Positions 40,034 to 54,627 of a stretch of 64,000 nucleotides of DNA are shown one piece after another (position 1 is the stretch's first letter; each line of letters opens with the position of its first letter). A program made the translations under genes and the position numbers. The notes beneath the pieces are model-generated. The model was not told the origin of the DNA. It ran no database searches and saw nothing but the letters and a program-made list of their open reading frames with translations. The stretch lies in assembly GCF_044324875.1 (NCBI RefSeq), contig NZ_CP172185.1; one strand, 5' to 3'. This DNA is from Escherichia coli. GTDB lineage: Bacteria > Pseudomonadota > Gammaproteobacteria > Enterobacterales > Enterobacteriaceae.

Positions 40034-41076
40034 AAAAATGGTCACGCCACCTGCTCGCGGCGGGTGCTCTGGCACTGGGCATGAGCGCCGCTCACGCCGA
40101 TGACAACAACACGCTGTATTTTTACAACTGGACCGAGTACGTGCCACCAGGACTGCTTGAACAGTTCACCAAAGAAACCGGTATTAAGGTTATCTATTCG
40201 ACTTACGAGTCGAACGAAACCATGTATGCCAAGCTGAAAACGTACAAAGACGGTGCCTATGACCTGGTGGTTCCTTCAACCTATTACGTCGATAAAATGC
40301 GTAAAGAAGGGATGATCCAGAAGATCGACAAGTCGAAGTTAAGCAATTTCAGCAACCTCGATCCAGACATGCTCAATAAGCCGTTTGACCCGAATAACGA
40401 CTACTCCATTCCGTATATCTGGGGTGCGACGGCGATTGGTGTTAATGGTGATGCGGTGGATCCCAAATCCGTTACCAGCTGGGCCGATCTGTGGAAGCCT
40501 GAGTACAAAGGCAGCCTGCTGCTGACCGACGATGCCCGTGAAGTGTTCCAGATGGCACTGCGTAAGCTGGGCTACTCCGGTAACACCACCGATCCGAAAG
40601 AGATTGAAGCTGCATACAACGAGCTGAAAAAACTGATGCCAAACGTCGCGGCGTTTAACTCCGATAACCCGGCGAACCCGTATATGGAAGGCGAAGTTAA
40701 CCTCGGCATGATCTGGAACGGTTCTGCTTTCGTTGCACGCCAGGCGGGTACGCCAATTGATGTGGTGTGGCCGAAAGAAGGCGGCATTTTCTGGATGGAC
40801 AGCCTGGCGATCCCGGCAAATGCCAAAAACAAAGAAGGCGCGCTGAAATTGATCAACTTCCTGCTGCGCCCAGATGTGGCAAAACAGGTTGCTGAAACTA
40901 TCGGTTATCCAACGCCAAACCTTGCGGCGCGTAAGCTGTTAAGTCCGGAAGTGGCGAACGATAAAACGCTCTACCCGGATGCTGAAACCATTAAAAATGG
41001 TGAATGGCAGAATGACGTTGGCGCAGCCAGCAGCATTTATGAAGAGTATTATCAGAAGCTGAAAGCAGGACGTTAA
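40030..41076 (+). CDS. potD: Spermidine/putrescine ABC transporter periplasmic binding protein PotD
   Basis: ORF track, 348 aa, signal peptide, matches E. coli PotD. Confidence 0.95.
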   Translation: MKKWSRHLLAAGALALGMSAAHADDNNTLYFYNWTEYVPPGLLEQFTKETGIKVIYSTYESNETMYAKLKTYKDGAYDLVVPSTYYVDKMRKEGMIQKIDKSKLSNFSNLDPDMLNKPFDPNNDYSIPYIWGATAIGVNGDAVDPKSVTSWADLWKPEYKGSLLLTDDAREVFQMALRKLGYSGNTTDPKEIEAAYNELKKLMPNVAAFNSDNPANPYMEGEVNLGMIWNGSAFVARQAGTPIDVVWPKEGGIFWMDSLAIPANAKNKEGALKLINFLLRPDVAKQVAETIGYPTPNLAARKLLSPEVANDKTLYPDAETIKNGEWQNDVGAASSIYEEYYQKLKAGR

Positions 41077-41085
41077 TTCAGCAAG

Positions 41086-41114
41086 CGGGCGGTGGTATTA
41101 CCGCCCGTTTTTTA
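41086..41114 (+). terminator. Intrinsic terminator after potD
   Basis: CGGGCGGT-GGTATT-ACCGCCCG hairpin followed by TTTTTT, 10 nt after the potD stop. Confidence 0.65.
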
Positions 41115-41133
41115 TTTAGCAAGGATGTGGCTA

Positions 41134-41595
41134 ATGAGTCAGGACAGTAGAGTTTTCTTTCGTATATTCCTCGGTATCGGTCTGGTACTGATCCTCATTT
41201 CTGTTGTTGTCTTTTATAACCAGTTCACCTATAGCAAAGACGCGATTCATACTGAAGGCGTCATTGTTGATACCGTCTGGCACTCCAGTCATTCTCATCG
41301 CACGGGTAAAAATGGTTCGTGGTATCCCGTCGTTGCCTTTCGACCGACGCCTGATTACACGCTAATTTTCAATTCGAGTATCGGCAGCGATTTTTATGAA
41401 GACAGCGAAGGCGATAAAGTTAATGTTTATTATTCTCCAGGGCATCCTGAAAAGGCTGAGATAAATAACCCGTGGGTTAATTTTTTTAAATGGGGGTTTG
41501 TCGGCATTATGGGCGTTATTTTTATCGCCGTCGGTTTATTAATCAGTATGCCCTCCTCTAAAAAGTCACGCAGGAAACGGAAGTCCCGTCCATGA
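41134..41595 (+). CDS. ymfA: Inner membrane protein YmfA
   Basis: ORF 41092..41595 overlaps the potD terminator; start taken at internal ATG (MSQDSRVFF...) giving 153 aa. Confidence 0.8.
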   Translation: MSQDSRVFFRIFLGIGLVLILISVVVFYNQFTYSKDAIHTEGVIVDTVWHSSHSHRTGKNGSWYPVVAFRPTPDYTLIFNSSIGSDFYEDSEGDKVNVYYSPGHPEKAEINNPWVNFFKWGFVGIMGVIFIAVGLLISMPSSKKSRRKRKSRP

Positions 41596-42284
41596 AAAAA
41601 ATCATAATACTGCTCAGTTTACTGATACTGCTGCCTCTGACAGCAACCAGTAAGCCCTTAATCCCAATAATGAAGACACTTTTTACGGATGTTACAGGTA
41701 CTGTACCGGATGCTGAGGAGATTGCGCGGAAAGCGGAGCTTTTTCGTCAACAAACCGGGATTGCGCCGTTTATCGTGGTTGTACCTGACGTTAATGAAGC
41801 AAGCTTCAGGCAAAATGGCAAAGCGATGCTGGCGCATGCGTCATCTTCATTGAGTGATGTAAAAGGCAGCGTCCTGTTACTTTTTACCACCCGCGAGCCA
41901 CGGTTAATTATGATAACCAACGGCCAGGTTGAAAGCGGTCTGGACGATAAACATCTCGGCCTTCTGGTTGAAAATCACACTCATGCTTATTTACATGCGG
42001 ACCTCTGGTATCAGGGAATCAATAATGCATTGGCTGTTTTACAAGCACAGATATTAAAACAACCGACGCCGCCACTGACATATTATCCGCATCCCGGACA
42101 ACAGCAGGAGAATGATCCTCCCGGCAGTACCACGATATTAGGTCTTTTTGCCTGGGCAGTTGCATTCATCTTCTTTACTGCATTTTTTTACTACACGACG
42201 CGCCTTAATTATGCATTAAAGTTTGCAGTGGCGATGACTATTGCCAATATGGGTTATCAGGCTTTATGTTTGTACATCGGGTAA
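41592..42284 (+). pseudogene. ycfZ: ycfZ, 3'-truncated by IS1 (230 codons, stop supplied by the IS1 end)
   Basis: ORF track; reading frame runs into the IS1 inverted repeat (GGTAATGACTCC); displaced 3' codons remain after the IS at 43047..43158. Confidence 0.8.
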
Positions 42285-42294
42285 TGACTCCAAC

Positions 42295-42798
42295 TTATTG
42301 ATAGTGTTTTATGTTCAGATAATGCCCGATGACTTTGTCATGCAGCTCCACCGATTTTGAGAACGACAGCGACTTCCGTCCCAGCCGTGCCAGGTGCTGC
42401 CTCAGATTCAGGTTATGCCGCTCAATTCGCTGCGTATATCGCTTGCTGATTACGTGCAGCTTTCCCTTCAGGCGGGATTCATACAGTGGCCAGCCATCCG
42501 TCATCCATATCACCACGTCAAAGGGTGACAGCAGGCTCATAAGACGCCCCAGCGTCGCCATAGTGCGTTCACCGAATACGTGCGCAACAACCGTCTTCCG
42601 GAGCCTGTCATACGCGTAAAACAGCCAGCGCTGGCGCGATTTAGCCCCGACATAGCCCCACTGTTCGTCCATTTCCGCGCAGACGATGACGTCACTGCCC
42701 GGCTGTATGCGCGAGGTTACCGACTGCGGCCTGAGTTTTTTAAGTGACGTAAAATCGTGTTGAGGCCAACGCCCATAATGCGGGCAGTTGCCCGGCAT
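42295..42798 (-). CDS. insB: IS1 InsB
   Basis: ORF track, 167 aa. Confidence 0.9.
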
Positions 42799-42992
42799 CC
42801 AACGCCATTCATGGCCATATCAATGATTTTCTGGTGCGTACCGGGTTGAGAAGCGGTGTAAGTGAACTGCAGTTGCCATGTTTTACGGCAGTGAGAGCAG
42901 AGATAGCGCTGATGTCCGGCGGTGCTTTTGCCGTTACGCACCACCCCGTCAGTAGCTGAACAGGAGGGACAGCTGATAGAAACAGAAGCCAC
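42717..42992 (-). CDS. insA: IS1 InsA
   Basis: ORF track, 91 aa ([30 protein letters not shown]...). Confidence 0.9.
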
Positions 42993-43179
42993 TGGAGCAC
43001 CTCAAAAACACCATCATACACTAAATCAGTAAGTTGGCAGCATCACCTGTACATCGATAATAGCTTTGCGATTACCAGAATATCGCCGCTCTGGGCAGGG
43101 CTGATTGGTGTCTGTACGTTTATTGCCGCGTTGTTATTGACGAGTAAACGGTAAAAGAGGCAGTAAAGTGTGCGTTTAT

Positions 43180-43280
43180 TATGCCGGATGCGGCGCGAAC
43201 GCCTTATCTGGCCCACAAAACCCGCAAATTCAATTAATTGCGTCCCCTTGTAGGCCTGATAAGCGTAGCGCATCAGGCAA
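43180..43280. repeat. REP/BIME-type extragenic palindromes
   Basis: GCCGGATGCGGCGCGAACGCCTTATCTGGCC and TGTAGGCCTGATAAGCGTAGCGCATCAGGC units downstream of cobB. Confidence 0.5.
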
Positions 43281-43291
43281 TGCTTCCTGCT

Positions 43292-44113
43292 TTATAAGCC
43301 CTTCAGCAACTTTTCAACAAACTCTGGCACCACCTGGCTTGCCGGGCCGTAATATTTCTCGGCAAATTCATTACCGACCTGGCTTGGTTCAAGATTCAGT
43401 TCCACGGTGTGTGCGCCATGCAGTTTCGCTTCGTGAACAAACCCAGCCGCCGGATAAACATGCCCTGATGTACCAATGGCAATGAAAATATCGGCCATTG
43501 ACAACGCCATATAAATTTCATCCATGCCGAGTGGCATTTCGCCAAACCAAACGACGTGCGGGCGCAAGGGTGCCGGGAACTGGCAACAATGGCATTTATC
43601 TTCTGGCGTAACGTCTCCGGTCCAGTCGAGAACCTGACCACTTTGCGAACAGCGAACTTTCAGCAGTTCCCCATGCATATGAATGACATTGGTATTACCT
43701 GCGCGTTCATGCAGGTTGTCGATATTCTGCGTCACCAGCAAAAAGCGATCGCCGAGGGCGTCTTGCAGTTTAGCCAGCGCAAGATGCGCGGCGTTAGGCT
43801 GAATTTCTGGCTGCTGTAGCTGTCGACGACGGGCGTTATAAAACGCTTGCACCAGTTCAGGATCGCGATCGAAACCTTCCGGCGTTGCCACATCTTCAAC
43901 CCGATGTTCTTCCCACAGGCCATCTGCGGCGCGAAAGGTACGAATACCTGATTCCGCAGAAATCCCTGCCCCTGTCAGTACGAGTACTCTTGGTTTTTCC
44001 ATTGCTTCCGGCACCACTTTATCTCTGAAAAAAATACGCTGACGCAAACGCTCGCGCAGACGGCGTTTATTTTTACGAAAACGACTTAACCGATGACCCC
44101 GACGCGACAGCAT
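43292..44113 (-). CDS. cobB: NAD-dependent protein deacylase CobB (Sir2 family, long isoform)
   Basis: ORF track, 273 aa. Confidence 0.95.
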   Translation of the reverse strand: MLSRRGHRLSRFRKNKRRLRERLRQRIFFRDKVVPEAMEKPRVLVLTGAGISAESGIRTFRAADGLWEEHRVEDVATPEGFDRDPELVQAFYNARRRQLQQPEIQPNAAHLALAKLQDALGDRFLLVTQNIDNLHERAGNTNVIHMHGELLKVRCSQSGQVLDWTGDVTPEDKCHCCQFPAPLRPHVVWFGEMPLGMDEIYMALSMADIFIAIGTSGHVYPAAGFVHEAKLHGAHTVELNLEPSQVGNEFAEKYYGPASQVVPEFVEKLLKGL

Positions 44114-44128
44114 AGCAACCTCTGTTGT

Positions 44129-45040
44129 TTAATCGGTTAGATGTAGGAAGGCCGCACCACGCATTCCTCCCGCATCACCGTGGCGCGCGCGTTCAATGCG
44201 CGGAACACGAGCTACAGGTAAGAGATGACGAGGCAGCCTGTCCGCCAGTTGCGTTGTGATTGCCGGGAAATTCGATAAGCCACCACCAATGACGACCAGG
44301 TCAGGGTCAACAATGGTCAGGATATTTCCCAGACAAACCGCTAATAAATCCAGATAACGCTCAACGTGCGCCCTTGCCTGCTCATCACCTTGATCATAAA
44401 GCGCAATAATTTCGGGAGCCTGCAACGGTTGATGATAATAGTGTTGATACAGCCACGCAAAACCGCGACCAGACAGATAATTTTCAATGCAGCCATGCTG
44501 ACCACAGCCGCAGCGGCGTAACGGGAAATCCAGCCCCATCATGGTTAACGCATCAACCGGCAGACGCATATGGCCAAACTCGCCGGTAATATAGCTTTTA
44601 CCGGTAATTGGTTTACCGTTGAAAATCAGCCCGCCGCCAACGCCGGTGCCGAGAATCAACCCCATCACTAGTGGATATTGAGTAAATTCATCATCCCAGG
44701 CTTCTGAAAGGGCAAAACAGTTGGCATCGTTATCAAGGCGGACATCGCGATCAAGACGTGCGCTCAGGTCGGCACGCAGCGGTTTACCGCTGGCAGCGGG
44801 GACATTGGCGGCATACAGCGTACCATCTTCTGTTTCCGGCATTCCCGGAATACCGATGCCGACAGAACCTTTACAGCCAAAACGCTTATCGGCTTCAGCC
44901 ACCAGCTCGCACACTGCATCTAAAAATGCGTCATAGCTGTCACGCGGTGTCGGCACCCGCTTTTCCCACTGCAACTGCCGACTGCTATCAAACACGCCAA
45001 GCGCAATTTTTGTTCCACCAATATCAAACCCGTAATACAT
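44129..45040 (-). CDS. nagK: N-acetyl-D-glucosamine kinase NagK
   Basis: ORF 44129..45100; start at internal ATG ([15 protein letters not shown]...) giving 303 aa. Confidence 0.95.
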   Translation of the reverse strand: MYYGFDIGGTKIALGVFDSSRQLQWEKRVPTPRDSYDAFLDAVCELVAEADKRFGCKGSVGIGIPGMPETEDGTLYAANVPAASGKPLRADLSARLDRDVRLDNDANCFALSEAWDDEFTQYPLVMGLILGTGVGGGLIFNGKPITGKSYITGEFGHMRLPVDALTMMGLDFPLRRCGCGQHGCIENYLSGRGFAWLYQHYYHQPLQAPEIIALYDQGDEQARAHVERYLDLLAVCLGNILTIVDPDLVVIGGGLSNFPAITTQLADRLPRHLLPVARVPRIERARHGDAGGMRGAAFLHLTD

Positions 45041-45068
45041 TGCCGCTCCTTGTTTTAATGTACTGCCT

Positions 45069-48317
<3,249 letters not shown>

Positions 48318-48466
48318 TCAATCGACTAAAGGGCCTCATTTTCTCATCGGCCTTGTAGCCTGATCTTTATCTGAAAAATAACCAAATACAGACAGATACG
48401 CATTACACCACGCGACTGGCCCCTCAGGATCAACAGCATGTTAAATAAAAAGAGCGTGTTGTCCTG

Positions 48467-49540
48467 ATGAAACAAAAAGAGCTATGGATTAACCAGATCA
48501 AAGGGTTATGTATTTGTCTGGTGGTGATTTATCACTCGGTCATTACCTTTTATCCGCATATGACCACTTTTCAGCATCCGTTATCGGAAGTCCTGAGCAA
48601 ATGCTGGATCTATTTCAATCTTTACCTTGCACCCTTTCGTATGCCGGTTTTTTTCTTTATATCCGGCTATTTGATTCGCCGCTATATCGACAGCGTACCG
48701 TGGGGAAATTGTCTCGATAAACGCATCTGGAACATCTTCTGGGTGCTGGCGCTTTGGGGCGTGGTGCAGTGGCTGGCGTTAAGTGCGCTGAACCAGTGGC
48801 TGGCACCTGAGCGCGATTTAAGCAATGCCTCCAATGCCGCGTATGCCGATTCCACCGGTGAGTTCCTGCACGGGATGATCACCGCCAGCACCAGTTTGTG
48901 GTATCTGTATGCGTTAATTGTTTATTTCGTGGTATGTAAAATTTTTAGCCGTCTGGCGCTGCCACTATTCGCCTTGTTTGTACTGATGAGTGTGGCGGTT
49001 AATTTCGTTCCCACGCCGTGGTGGGGAATGAACAGTGTGATCCGCAATTTGCCTTATTACAGCCTTGGCGCATGGTTTGGCGCAACATTAATGACCTACG
49101 TTAAAGAGGTGCCGTTGCGCCGCCATCTGCTGATGGCTTCTTTGCTGACCGTTCTGGCGGTCGGTGCCTGGTTGTTTACTATCTCGCTGCTGTTGTCGCT
49201 GGTATCGATTGTGGTGATCATGAAGCTGTTTTATCAATACGAGCAACGTTTCGGTATGCGCTCCACCAGCCTGCTGAATGTGATTGGCACCAACACCATT
49301 GCTATCTACACCACCCATCGCATTCTGGTAGAGATATTCAGCTTAACTCTGCTTGCGCCAATGAACGCGGCACGCTGGTCGCCGCAAGTCGAACTGACAC
49401 TCCTGATGGTTTACCCCTTTGTCAGTTTGTTCATCTGTACTGTTGCGGGCTTGCTGGTAAGAAAACTTTCACAGCGCGCATTCAGCGATCTGTTGTTCTC
49501 CCCGCCTTCTCTGCCCGCTGCCGTCAGTTACTCCCGCTAA
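48467..49540 (+). CDS. ycfT: Inner membrane acyltransferase-family protein YcfT
   Basis: ORF track, 357 aa. Confidence 0.9.
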   Translation: MKQKELWINQIKGLCICLVVIYHSVITFYPHMTTFQHPLSEVLSKCWIYFNLYLAPFRMPVFFFISGYLIRRYIDSVPWGNCLDKRIWNIFWVLALWGVVQWLALSALNQWLAPERDLSNASNAAYADSTGEFLHGMITASTSLWYLYALIVYFVVCKIFSRLALPLFALFVLMSVAVNFVPTPWWGMNSVIRNLPYYSLGAWFGATLMTYVKEVPLRRHLLMASLLTVLAVGAWLFTISLLLSLVSIVVIMKLFYQYEQRFGMRSTSLLNVIGTNTIAIYTTHRILVEIFSLTLLAPMNAARWSPQVELTLLMVYPFVSLFICTVAGLLVRKLSQRAFSDLLFSPPSLPAAVSYSR

Positions 49541-49667
49541 GCCATCGCCCCAGCCGGGGCGATTCAATTTGCTAAACCATGTCGATTACGGATAATGAAC
49601 AGCATTGCTTATCAGAGATATGCCCCCATATGTTGAGGCATATCCTAACGAGAATCTGACAACCGTT

Positions 49668-52600
49668 ATGCCTGAACAATATCGTTATACGCTGCCCGTC
49701 AAAGCGGGTGAGCAGCGTCTGCTGGGCGAGTTAACTGGCGCTGCCTGCGCGACGCTGGTAGCGGAAATTGCCGAACGTCACGCCGGACCAGTGGTGCTTA
49801 TTGCGCCAGATATGCAAAATGCTCTGCGTTTGCATGATGAAATTAGCCAGTTTACCGACCAGATGGTGATGAATCTGGCGGACTGGGAAACTCTTCCCTA
49901 CGACAGTTTTTCGCCTCATCAGGACATTATCTCCTCGCGCCTTTCCACCCTTTACCAGCTACCGACGATGCAACGTGGTGTACTGATTGTTCCGGTGAAT
50001 ACGCTTATGCAGCGCGTTTGCCCGCACAGTTTTCTCCACGGCCATGCGCTGGTGATGAAAAAAGGTCAGCGCCTGTCACGAGATGCATTACGAACCCAAC
50101 TGGACAGCGCCGGTTATCGCCATGTTGACCAGGTTATGGAGCACGGCGAATACGCCACGCGCGGCGCGTTGCTGGATCTCTTCCCGATGGGAAGTGAGCT
50201 GCCTTATCGTCTTGATTTCTTTGATGATGAAATCGACAGTCTGCGGGTGTTTGACGTCGACAGCCAGCGCACGCTGGAGGAAGTAGAAGCGATCAATCTG
50301 CTGCCCGCGCACGAATTTCCGACCGATAAAGCGGCAATTGAACTGTTCCGCAGCCAGTGGCGCGATACCTTCGAAGTGAAGCGTGACCCGGAACATATTT
50401 ATCAGCAAGTGAGTAAAGGCACATTACCTGCCGGGATCGAGTACTGGCAGCCGCTATTCTTCAGCGAACCGCTGCCGCCACTGTTCAGTTATTTCCCTGC
50501 CAATACGCTGTTGGTGAATACTGGCGATCTGGAAAACAGTGCCGAACGTTTCCAGGCTGACACGCTGGCGCGTTTTGAAAATCGCGGCGTCGATCCGATG
50601 CGTCCACTGTTGCCACCACAATCGCTCTGGCTGCGGGTAGACGAGCTCTTTTCAGAGCTGAAAAACTGGCCGCGTGTGCAGCTAAAAACTGAACATTTAC
50701 CGACAAAAGCAGCGAATGCCAATTTAGGTTTTCAGAAGCTGCTAGACCTGGCCGTTCAGGCACAACAAAAAGCGCCGCTGGATGCGCTGCGTAAGTTCCT
50801 CGAGTCTTTCGACGGTCCGGTGGTGTTCTCGGTAGAAAGTGAAGGTCGCCGTGAAGCACTGGGTGAACTGCTCGCGCGAATTAAAATTGCTCCTCAACGC
50901 ATTATGCGTCTTGATGAAGCCAAAGACCGTGGGCGTTATCTGATGATTGGCGCTGCCGAACATGGTTTTGTCGATACGGTACGTAATCTGGCGCTGATTT
51001 GCGAAAGCGATCTGCTCGGTGAACGCGTTGCCCGTCGTCGTCAGGATTCTCGCCGCGCCATCAACCCCGATACACTGATCCGTAACCTCGCGGAGCTGCA
51101 TATTGGTCAGCCGGTGGTCCATCTGGAGCACGGTGTCGGTCGTTATGCAGGAATGACCACGCTGGAAGCGGGCGGCATTACTGGCGAGTACCTGATGCTC
51201 ACCTATGCCAACGACGCCAAACTGTATGTTCCGGTGTCGTCACTGCATCTGATTAGCCGTTACGCAGGTGGCGCGGAAGAAAACGCCCCGCTGCATAAAC
51301 TTGGCGGCGATGCGTGGTCACGCGCGCGGCAGAAAGCGGCGGAAAAAGTGCGTGATGTGGCGGCAGAATTACTGGATATTTACGCGCAACGCGCCGCCAA
51401 AGAGGGCTTCGCGTTTAAACACGATCGCGAGCAGTATCAGTTGTTCTGCGACAGCTTCCCGTTTGAAACCACGCCGGATCAGGCGCAGGCCATTAATGCG
51501 GTGCTTAGCGACATGTGTCAGCCGCTGGCAATGGATCGTCTGGTGTGCGGCGATGTTGGCTTTGGTAAAACAGAAGTGGCGATGCGCGCCGCTTTCCTGG
51601 CAGTAGATAACCACAAGCAGGTGGCGGTGCTGGTGCCTACCACCCTTCTCGCGCAGCAGCATTACGACAACTTCCGCGACCGTTTCGCCAACTGGCCGGT
51701 ACGTATCGAAATGATCTCCCGTTTCCGCAGCGCCAAAGAGCAGACGCAAATCCTTGCGGAAGTAGCGGAAGGGAAAATCGATATTCTGATCGGTACGCAC
51801 AAACTGCTGCAAAGTGACGTCAAGTTTAAAGATTTAGGCCTGCTGATTGTCGATGAAGAACACCGCTTCGGGGTGCGTCATAAAGAGCGCATTAAAGCGA
51901 TGCGCGCGAACGTGGATATTCTGACGCTTACTGCAACGCCGATCCCACGTACGCTGAATATGGCAATGAGCGGAATGCGTGACCTGTCGATTATCGCCAC
52001 GCCGCCCGCCCGTCGTCTGGCAGTTAAAACCTTTGTCCGTGAGTATGACAGCCTGGTGGTCAGGGAGGCGATCCTGCGTGAAATTTTGCGCGGGGGGCAG
52101 GTTTATTATCTTTACAATGATGTGGAAAACATCCAGAAAGCCGCCGAACGGCTGGCAGAACTGGTGCCAGAAGCGCGGATCGCCATCGGTCACGGGCAGA
52201 TGCGCGAGCGCGAACTGGAACGGGTGATGAATGATTTCCATCATCAACGTTTCAACGTGCTGGTTTGTACAACCATTATCGAAACCGGGATCGACATCCC
52301 GACAGCCAACACCATTATCATTGAACGCGCGGATCACTTCGGTCTGGCGCAGCTGCACCAGTTGCGCGGTCGCGTCGGACGTTCGCATCATCAGGCATAT
52401 GCATGGCTGCTGACGCCGCATCCAAAAGCGATGACTACCGATGCGCAAAAACGTCTTGAAGCGATTGCCTCGCTGGAAGATCTCGGGGCAGGTTTTGCGC
52501 TGGCAACGCACGATCTGGAGATTCGCGGCGCGGGTGAACTGCTTGGCGAAGAACAAAGCGGCTCAATGGAAACTATCGGTTTCTCGCTGTATATGGAGTT

Positions 52601-53114
52601 GCTGGAAAACGCCGTCGATGCGCTGAAAGCCGGACGCGAGCCGTCGCTGGAAGATCTCACCAGTCAACAAACAGAAGTCGAGCTGCGGATGCCGTCGCTG
52701 TTGCCGGATGATTTCATTCCTGACGTGAATACGCGTTTGTCGTTCTATAAACGTATTGCCAGCGCCAAAACGGAAAACGAACTGGAAGAGATCAAAGTTG
52801 AGCTTATCGATCGCTTCGGCCTGCTGCCGGATCCGGCGCGTACCCTGCTGGATATTGCCCGTCTGCGCCAGCAAGCGCAGAAACTGGGGATCAGGAAGCT
52901 GGAAGGTAATGAGAAAGGCGGCGTGATCGAATTTGCCGAGAAGAATCACGTTAATCCGGCCTGGTTGATTGGTTTGCTGCAAAAACAGCCGCAGCATTAC
53001 CGCCTTGATGGTCCGACGCGCCTGAAGTTTATTCAGGATTTGAGTGAGCGGAAAACGCGTATCGAATGGGTACGCCAGTTTATGCGTGAACTGGAAGAGA
53101 ACGCCATCGCTTAA
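49668..53114 (+). CDS. mfd: Transcription-repair coupling factor Mfd
   Basis: ORF 49605..53114; start at internal ATG (MPEQYRYTLPVKAGEQRLLGEL...) giving 1148 aa. Confidence 0.95.
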   Translation: MPEQYRYTLPVKAGEQRLLGELTGAACATLVAEIAERHAGPVVLIAPDMQNALRLHDEISQFTDQMVMNLADWETLPYDSFSPHQDIISSRLSTLYQLPTMQRGVLIVPVNTLMQRVCPHSFLHGHALVMKKGQRLSRDALRTQLDSAGYRHVDQVMEHGEYATRGALLDLFPMGSELPYRLDFFDDEIDSLRVFDVDSQRTLEEVEAINLLPAHEFPTDKAAIELFRSQWRDTFEVKRDPEHIYQQVSKGTLPAGIEYWQPLFFSEPLPPLFSYFPANTLLVNTGDLENSAERFQADTLARFENRGVDPMRPLLPPQSLWLRVDELFSELKNWPRVQLKTEHLPTKAANANLGFQKLLDLAVQAQQKAPLDALRKFLESFDGPVVFSVESEGRREALGELLARIKIAPQRIMRLDEAKDRGRYLMIGAAEHGFVDTVRNLALICESDLLGERVARRRQDSRRAINPDTLIRNLAELHIGQPVVHLEHGVGRYAGMTTLEAGGITGEYLMLTYANDAKLYVPVSSLHLISRYAGGAEENAPLHKLGGDAWSRARQKAAEKVRDVAAELLDIYAQRAAKEGFAFKHDREQYQLFCDSFPFETTPDQAQAINAVLSDMCQPLAMDRLVCGDVGFGKTEVAMRAAFLAVDNHKQVAVLVPTTLLAQQHYDNFRDRFANWPVRIEMISRFRSAKEQTQILAEVAEGKIDILIGTHKLLQSDVKFKDLGLLIVDEEHRFGVRHKERIKAMRANVDILTLTATPIPRTLNMAMSGMRDLSIIATPPARRLAVKTFVREYDSLVVREAILREILRGGQVYYLYNDVENIQKAAERLAELVPEARIAIGHGQMRERELERVMNDFHHQRFNVLVCTTIIETGIDIPTANTIIIERADHFGLAQLHQLRGRVGRSHHQAYAWLLTPHPKAMTTDAQKRLEAIASLEDLGAGFALATHDLEIRGAGELLGEEQSGSMETIGFSLYMELLENAVDALKAGREPSLEDLTSQQTEVELRMPSLLPDDFIPDVNTRLSFYKRIASAKTENELEEIKVELIDRFGLLPDPARTLLDIARLRQQAQKLGIRKLEGNEKGGVIEFAEKNHVNPAWLIGLLQKQPQHYRLDGPTRLKFIQDLSERKTRIEWVRQFMRELEENAIA

Positions 53115-53254
53115 TGGTAAATCGGGGGCGTTTCTGCGCCCCCATCTGCAACATTTACAAATTCTTTGCACTTCCCTGCACTATCCGACACTGTCACCAT
53201 CCATAATTCAGGCTTATCTGTTTATTACAATAACCTTATATTTATTATGTATTT

Positions 53255-54220
53255 TTGGTGATGATCAAAACGCGTTTTTCTCGCTGGCTAACGTTTTTTA
53301 CGTTCGCCGCTGCCGTGGCGCTGGCGCTACCGGCAAAAGCCAACACCTGGCCGCTGCCGCCAGCGGGCAGTCGTCTGGTTGGCGAAAACAAATTTCATGT
53401 GGTGGAAAATGACGGTGGTTCTCTGGAAGCCATCGCCAAAAAATATAACGTCGGCTTTCTCGCTCTGTTACAGGCTAACCCCGGCGTTGATCCTTACGTA
53501 CCGCGCGCGGGCAGCGTGTTAACGATCCCGTTGCAAACCCTACTTCCAGATGCGCCGCGCGAAGGCATTGTGATCAATATTGCGGAGCTGCGTCTCTATT
53601 ACTACCCGCCGGGTAAAAATTCGGTAACCGTGTATCCAATAGGTATTGGTCAGTTGGGTGGTGACACGCTGACACCGACAATGGTGACCACCGTTTCAGA
53701 CAAACGAGCAAACCCAACCTGGACGCCAACGGCAAACATCCGCGCCCGTTATAAAGCACAGGGAATTGAGTTGCCTGCGGTAGTGCCGGCTGGACCGGAT
53801 AATCCAATGGGCCATCATGCGATTCGTCTGGCGGCCTATGGCGGCGTTTATTTGCTTCATGGTACGAACGCCGATTTCGGCATTGGCATGCGGGTAAGTT
53901 CTGGCTGTATTCGTCTGCGTGATGACGATATCAAAACACTCTTTAGCCAGGTCACCCCAGGCACCAAAGTGAATATCATCAACACTCCGATAAAAGTCTC
54001 TGCCGAACCAAACGGTGCGCGTCTGGTTGAAGTACATCAGCCGCTGTCAGAGAAGATTGATGACGATCCGCAGCTGCTGCCAATTACGCTGAATAGCGCA
54101 ATGCAATCATTTAAAGATGCAGCACAAACTGACGCTGAAGTGATGCAACATGTGATGGATGTCCGTTCCGGGATGCCGGTGGATGTCCGCCGTCATCAAG
54201 TGAGCCCACAAACTCTGTAA
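53255..54220 (+). CDS. ldtC: L,D-transpeptidase LdtC (YcfS)
   Basis: ORF track, 321 aa (start may be 1-2 codons downstream); LysM and YkuD-type domains. Confidence 0.9.
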   Translation: MVMIKTRFSRWLTFFTFAAAVALALPAKANTWPLPPAGSRLVGENKFHVVENDGGSLEAIAKKYNVGFLALLQANPGVDPYVPRAGSVLTIPLQTLLPDAPREGIVINIAELRLYYYPPGKNSVTVYPIGIGQLGGDTLTPTMVTTVSDKRANPTWTPTANIRARYKAQGIELPAVVPAGPDNPMGHHAIRLAAYGGVYLLHGTNADFGIGMRVSSGCIRLRDDDIKTLFSQVTPGTKVNIINTPIKVSAEPNGARLVEVHQPLSEKIDDDPQLLPITLNSAMQSFKDAAQTDAEVMQHVMDVRSGMPVDVRRHQVSPQTL

Positions 54221-54230
54221 ATCCTGGATA

Positions 54231-54269
54231 AAAAAAATCCCCGCGACACGGCATGTCGCGGGGAAAAAA
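54231..54269 (-). terminator. Intrinsic terminator for bhsA (hairpin flanked by A8/T8 runs)
   Basis: CCCCGCGACA-CGGCA-TGTCGCGGGG; on the minus strand the hairpin is followed by TTTTTTTT. Confidence 0.55.
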
Positions 54270-54302
54270 TCAGCAGTAGCAGGCATTAATGAGGGTTAAT
54301 GC

Positions 54303-54560
54303 TTATTTATAAATTACTGCTGTTCCATGGAGGGTATTTGGACCGGTTACAGAAGTAATACGGAATGATTTTGCGCCCATCTCATCCGCTTTTTGCGCCA
54401 GCTGCTCTTCCAGCGATCCCAGATTTGTCCCCGCGTTAGCACTGATAGTACCGACTTTTTGTTGGCCTTCTGGCGTTGACTGAACTTCGACAGCCGCAAA
54501 GCTGGCAAATGACATTGAGCTTAAAATCGCCGCAGCGATGAGGGTTTTTACGTTTTTCAT
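54303..54560 (-). CDS. bhsA: Multiple stress resistance protein BhsA (YcfR)
   Basis: ORF track, 85 aa, signal peptide. Confidence 0.9.
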   Translation of the reverse strand: MKNVKTLIAAAILSSMSFASFAAVEVQSTPEGQQKVGTISANAGTNLGSLEEQLAQKADEMGAKSFRITSVTGPNTLHGTAVIYK

Positions 54561-54627
54561 AATAGTGGCCTTATGCAGATGAATGACGTCGCAAGCAATT
54601 ACTTAACGATCGACAACTAAATGATAG

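Larger units (their letters stand above)
42280..43046 (-). mobile_element. IS1, about 768 bp, with 9-bp target duplication TGTACATCG
   Basis: IS1 terminal inverted repeats GGTAATGACTCCAACTTATTGAT and GGTGATGCTGCCAACTTACTGAT; TGTACATCG at 42271..42279 and 43047..43055. Confidence 0.9.

Noticed and set aside
50742-52660. Minus-strand ORFs of 129-240 aa
   Set aside because: All antisense within mfd, which is full-length and conserved.
53115-53160. Terminator after mfd (GGGGGCG-TTTCT-GCGCCCCC)
   Set aside because: Good GC hairpin but no T-tract follows; left uncalled.
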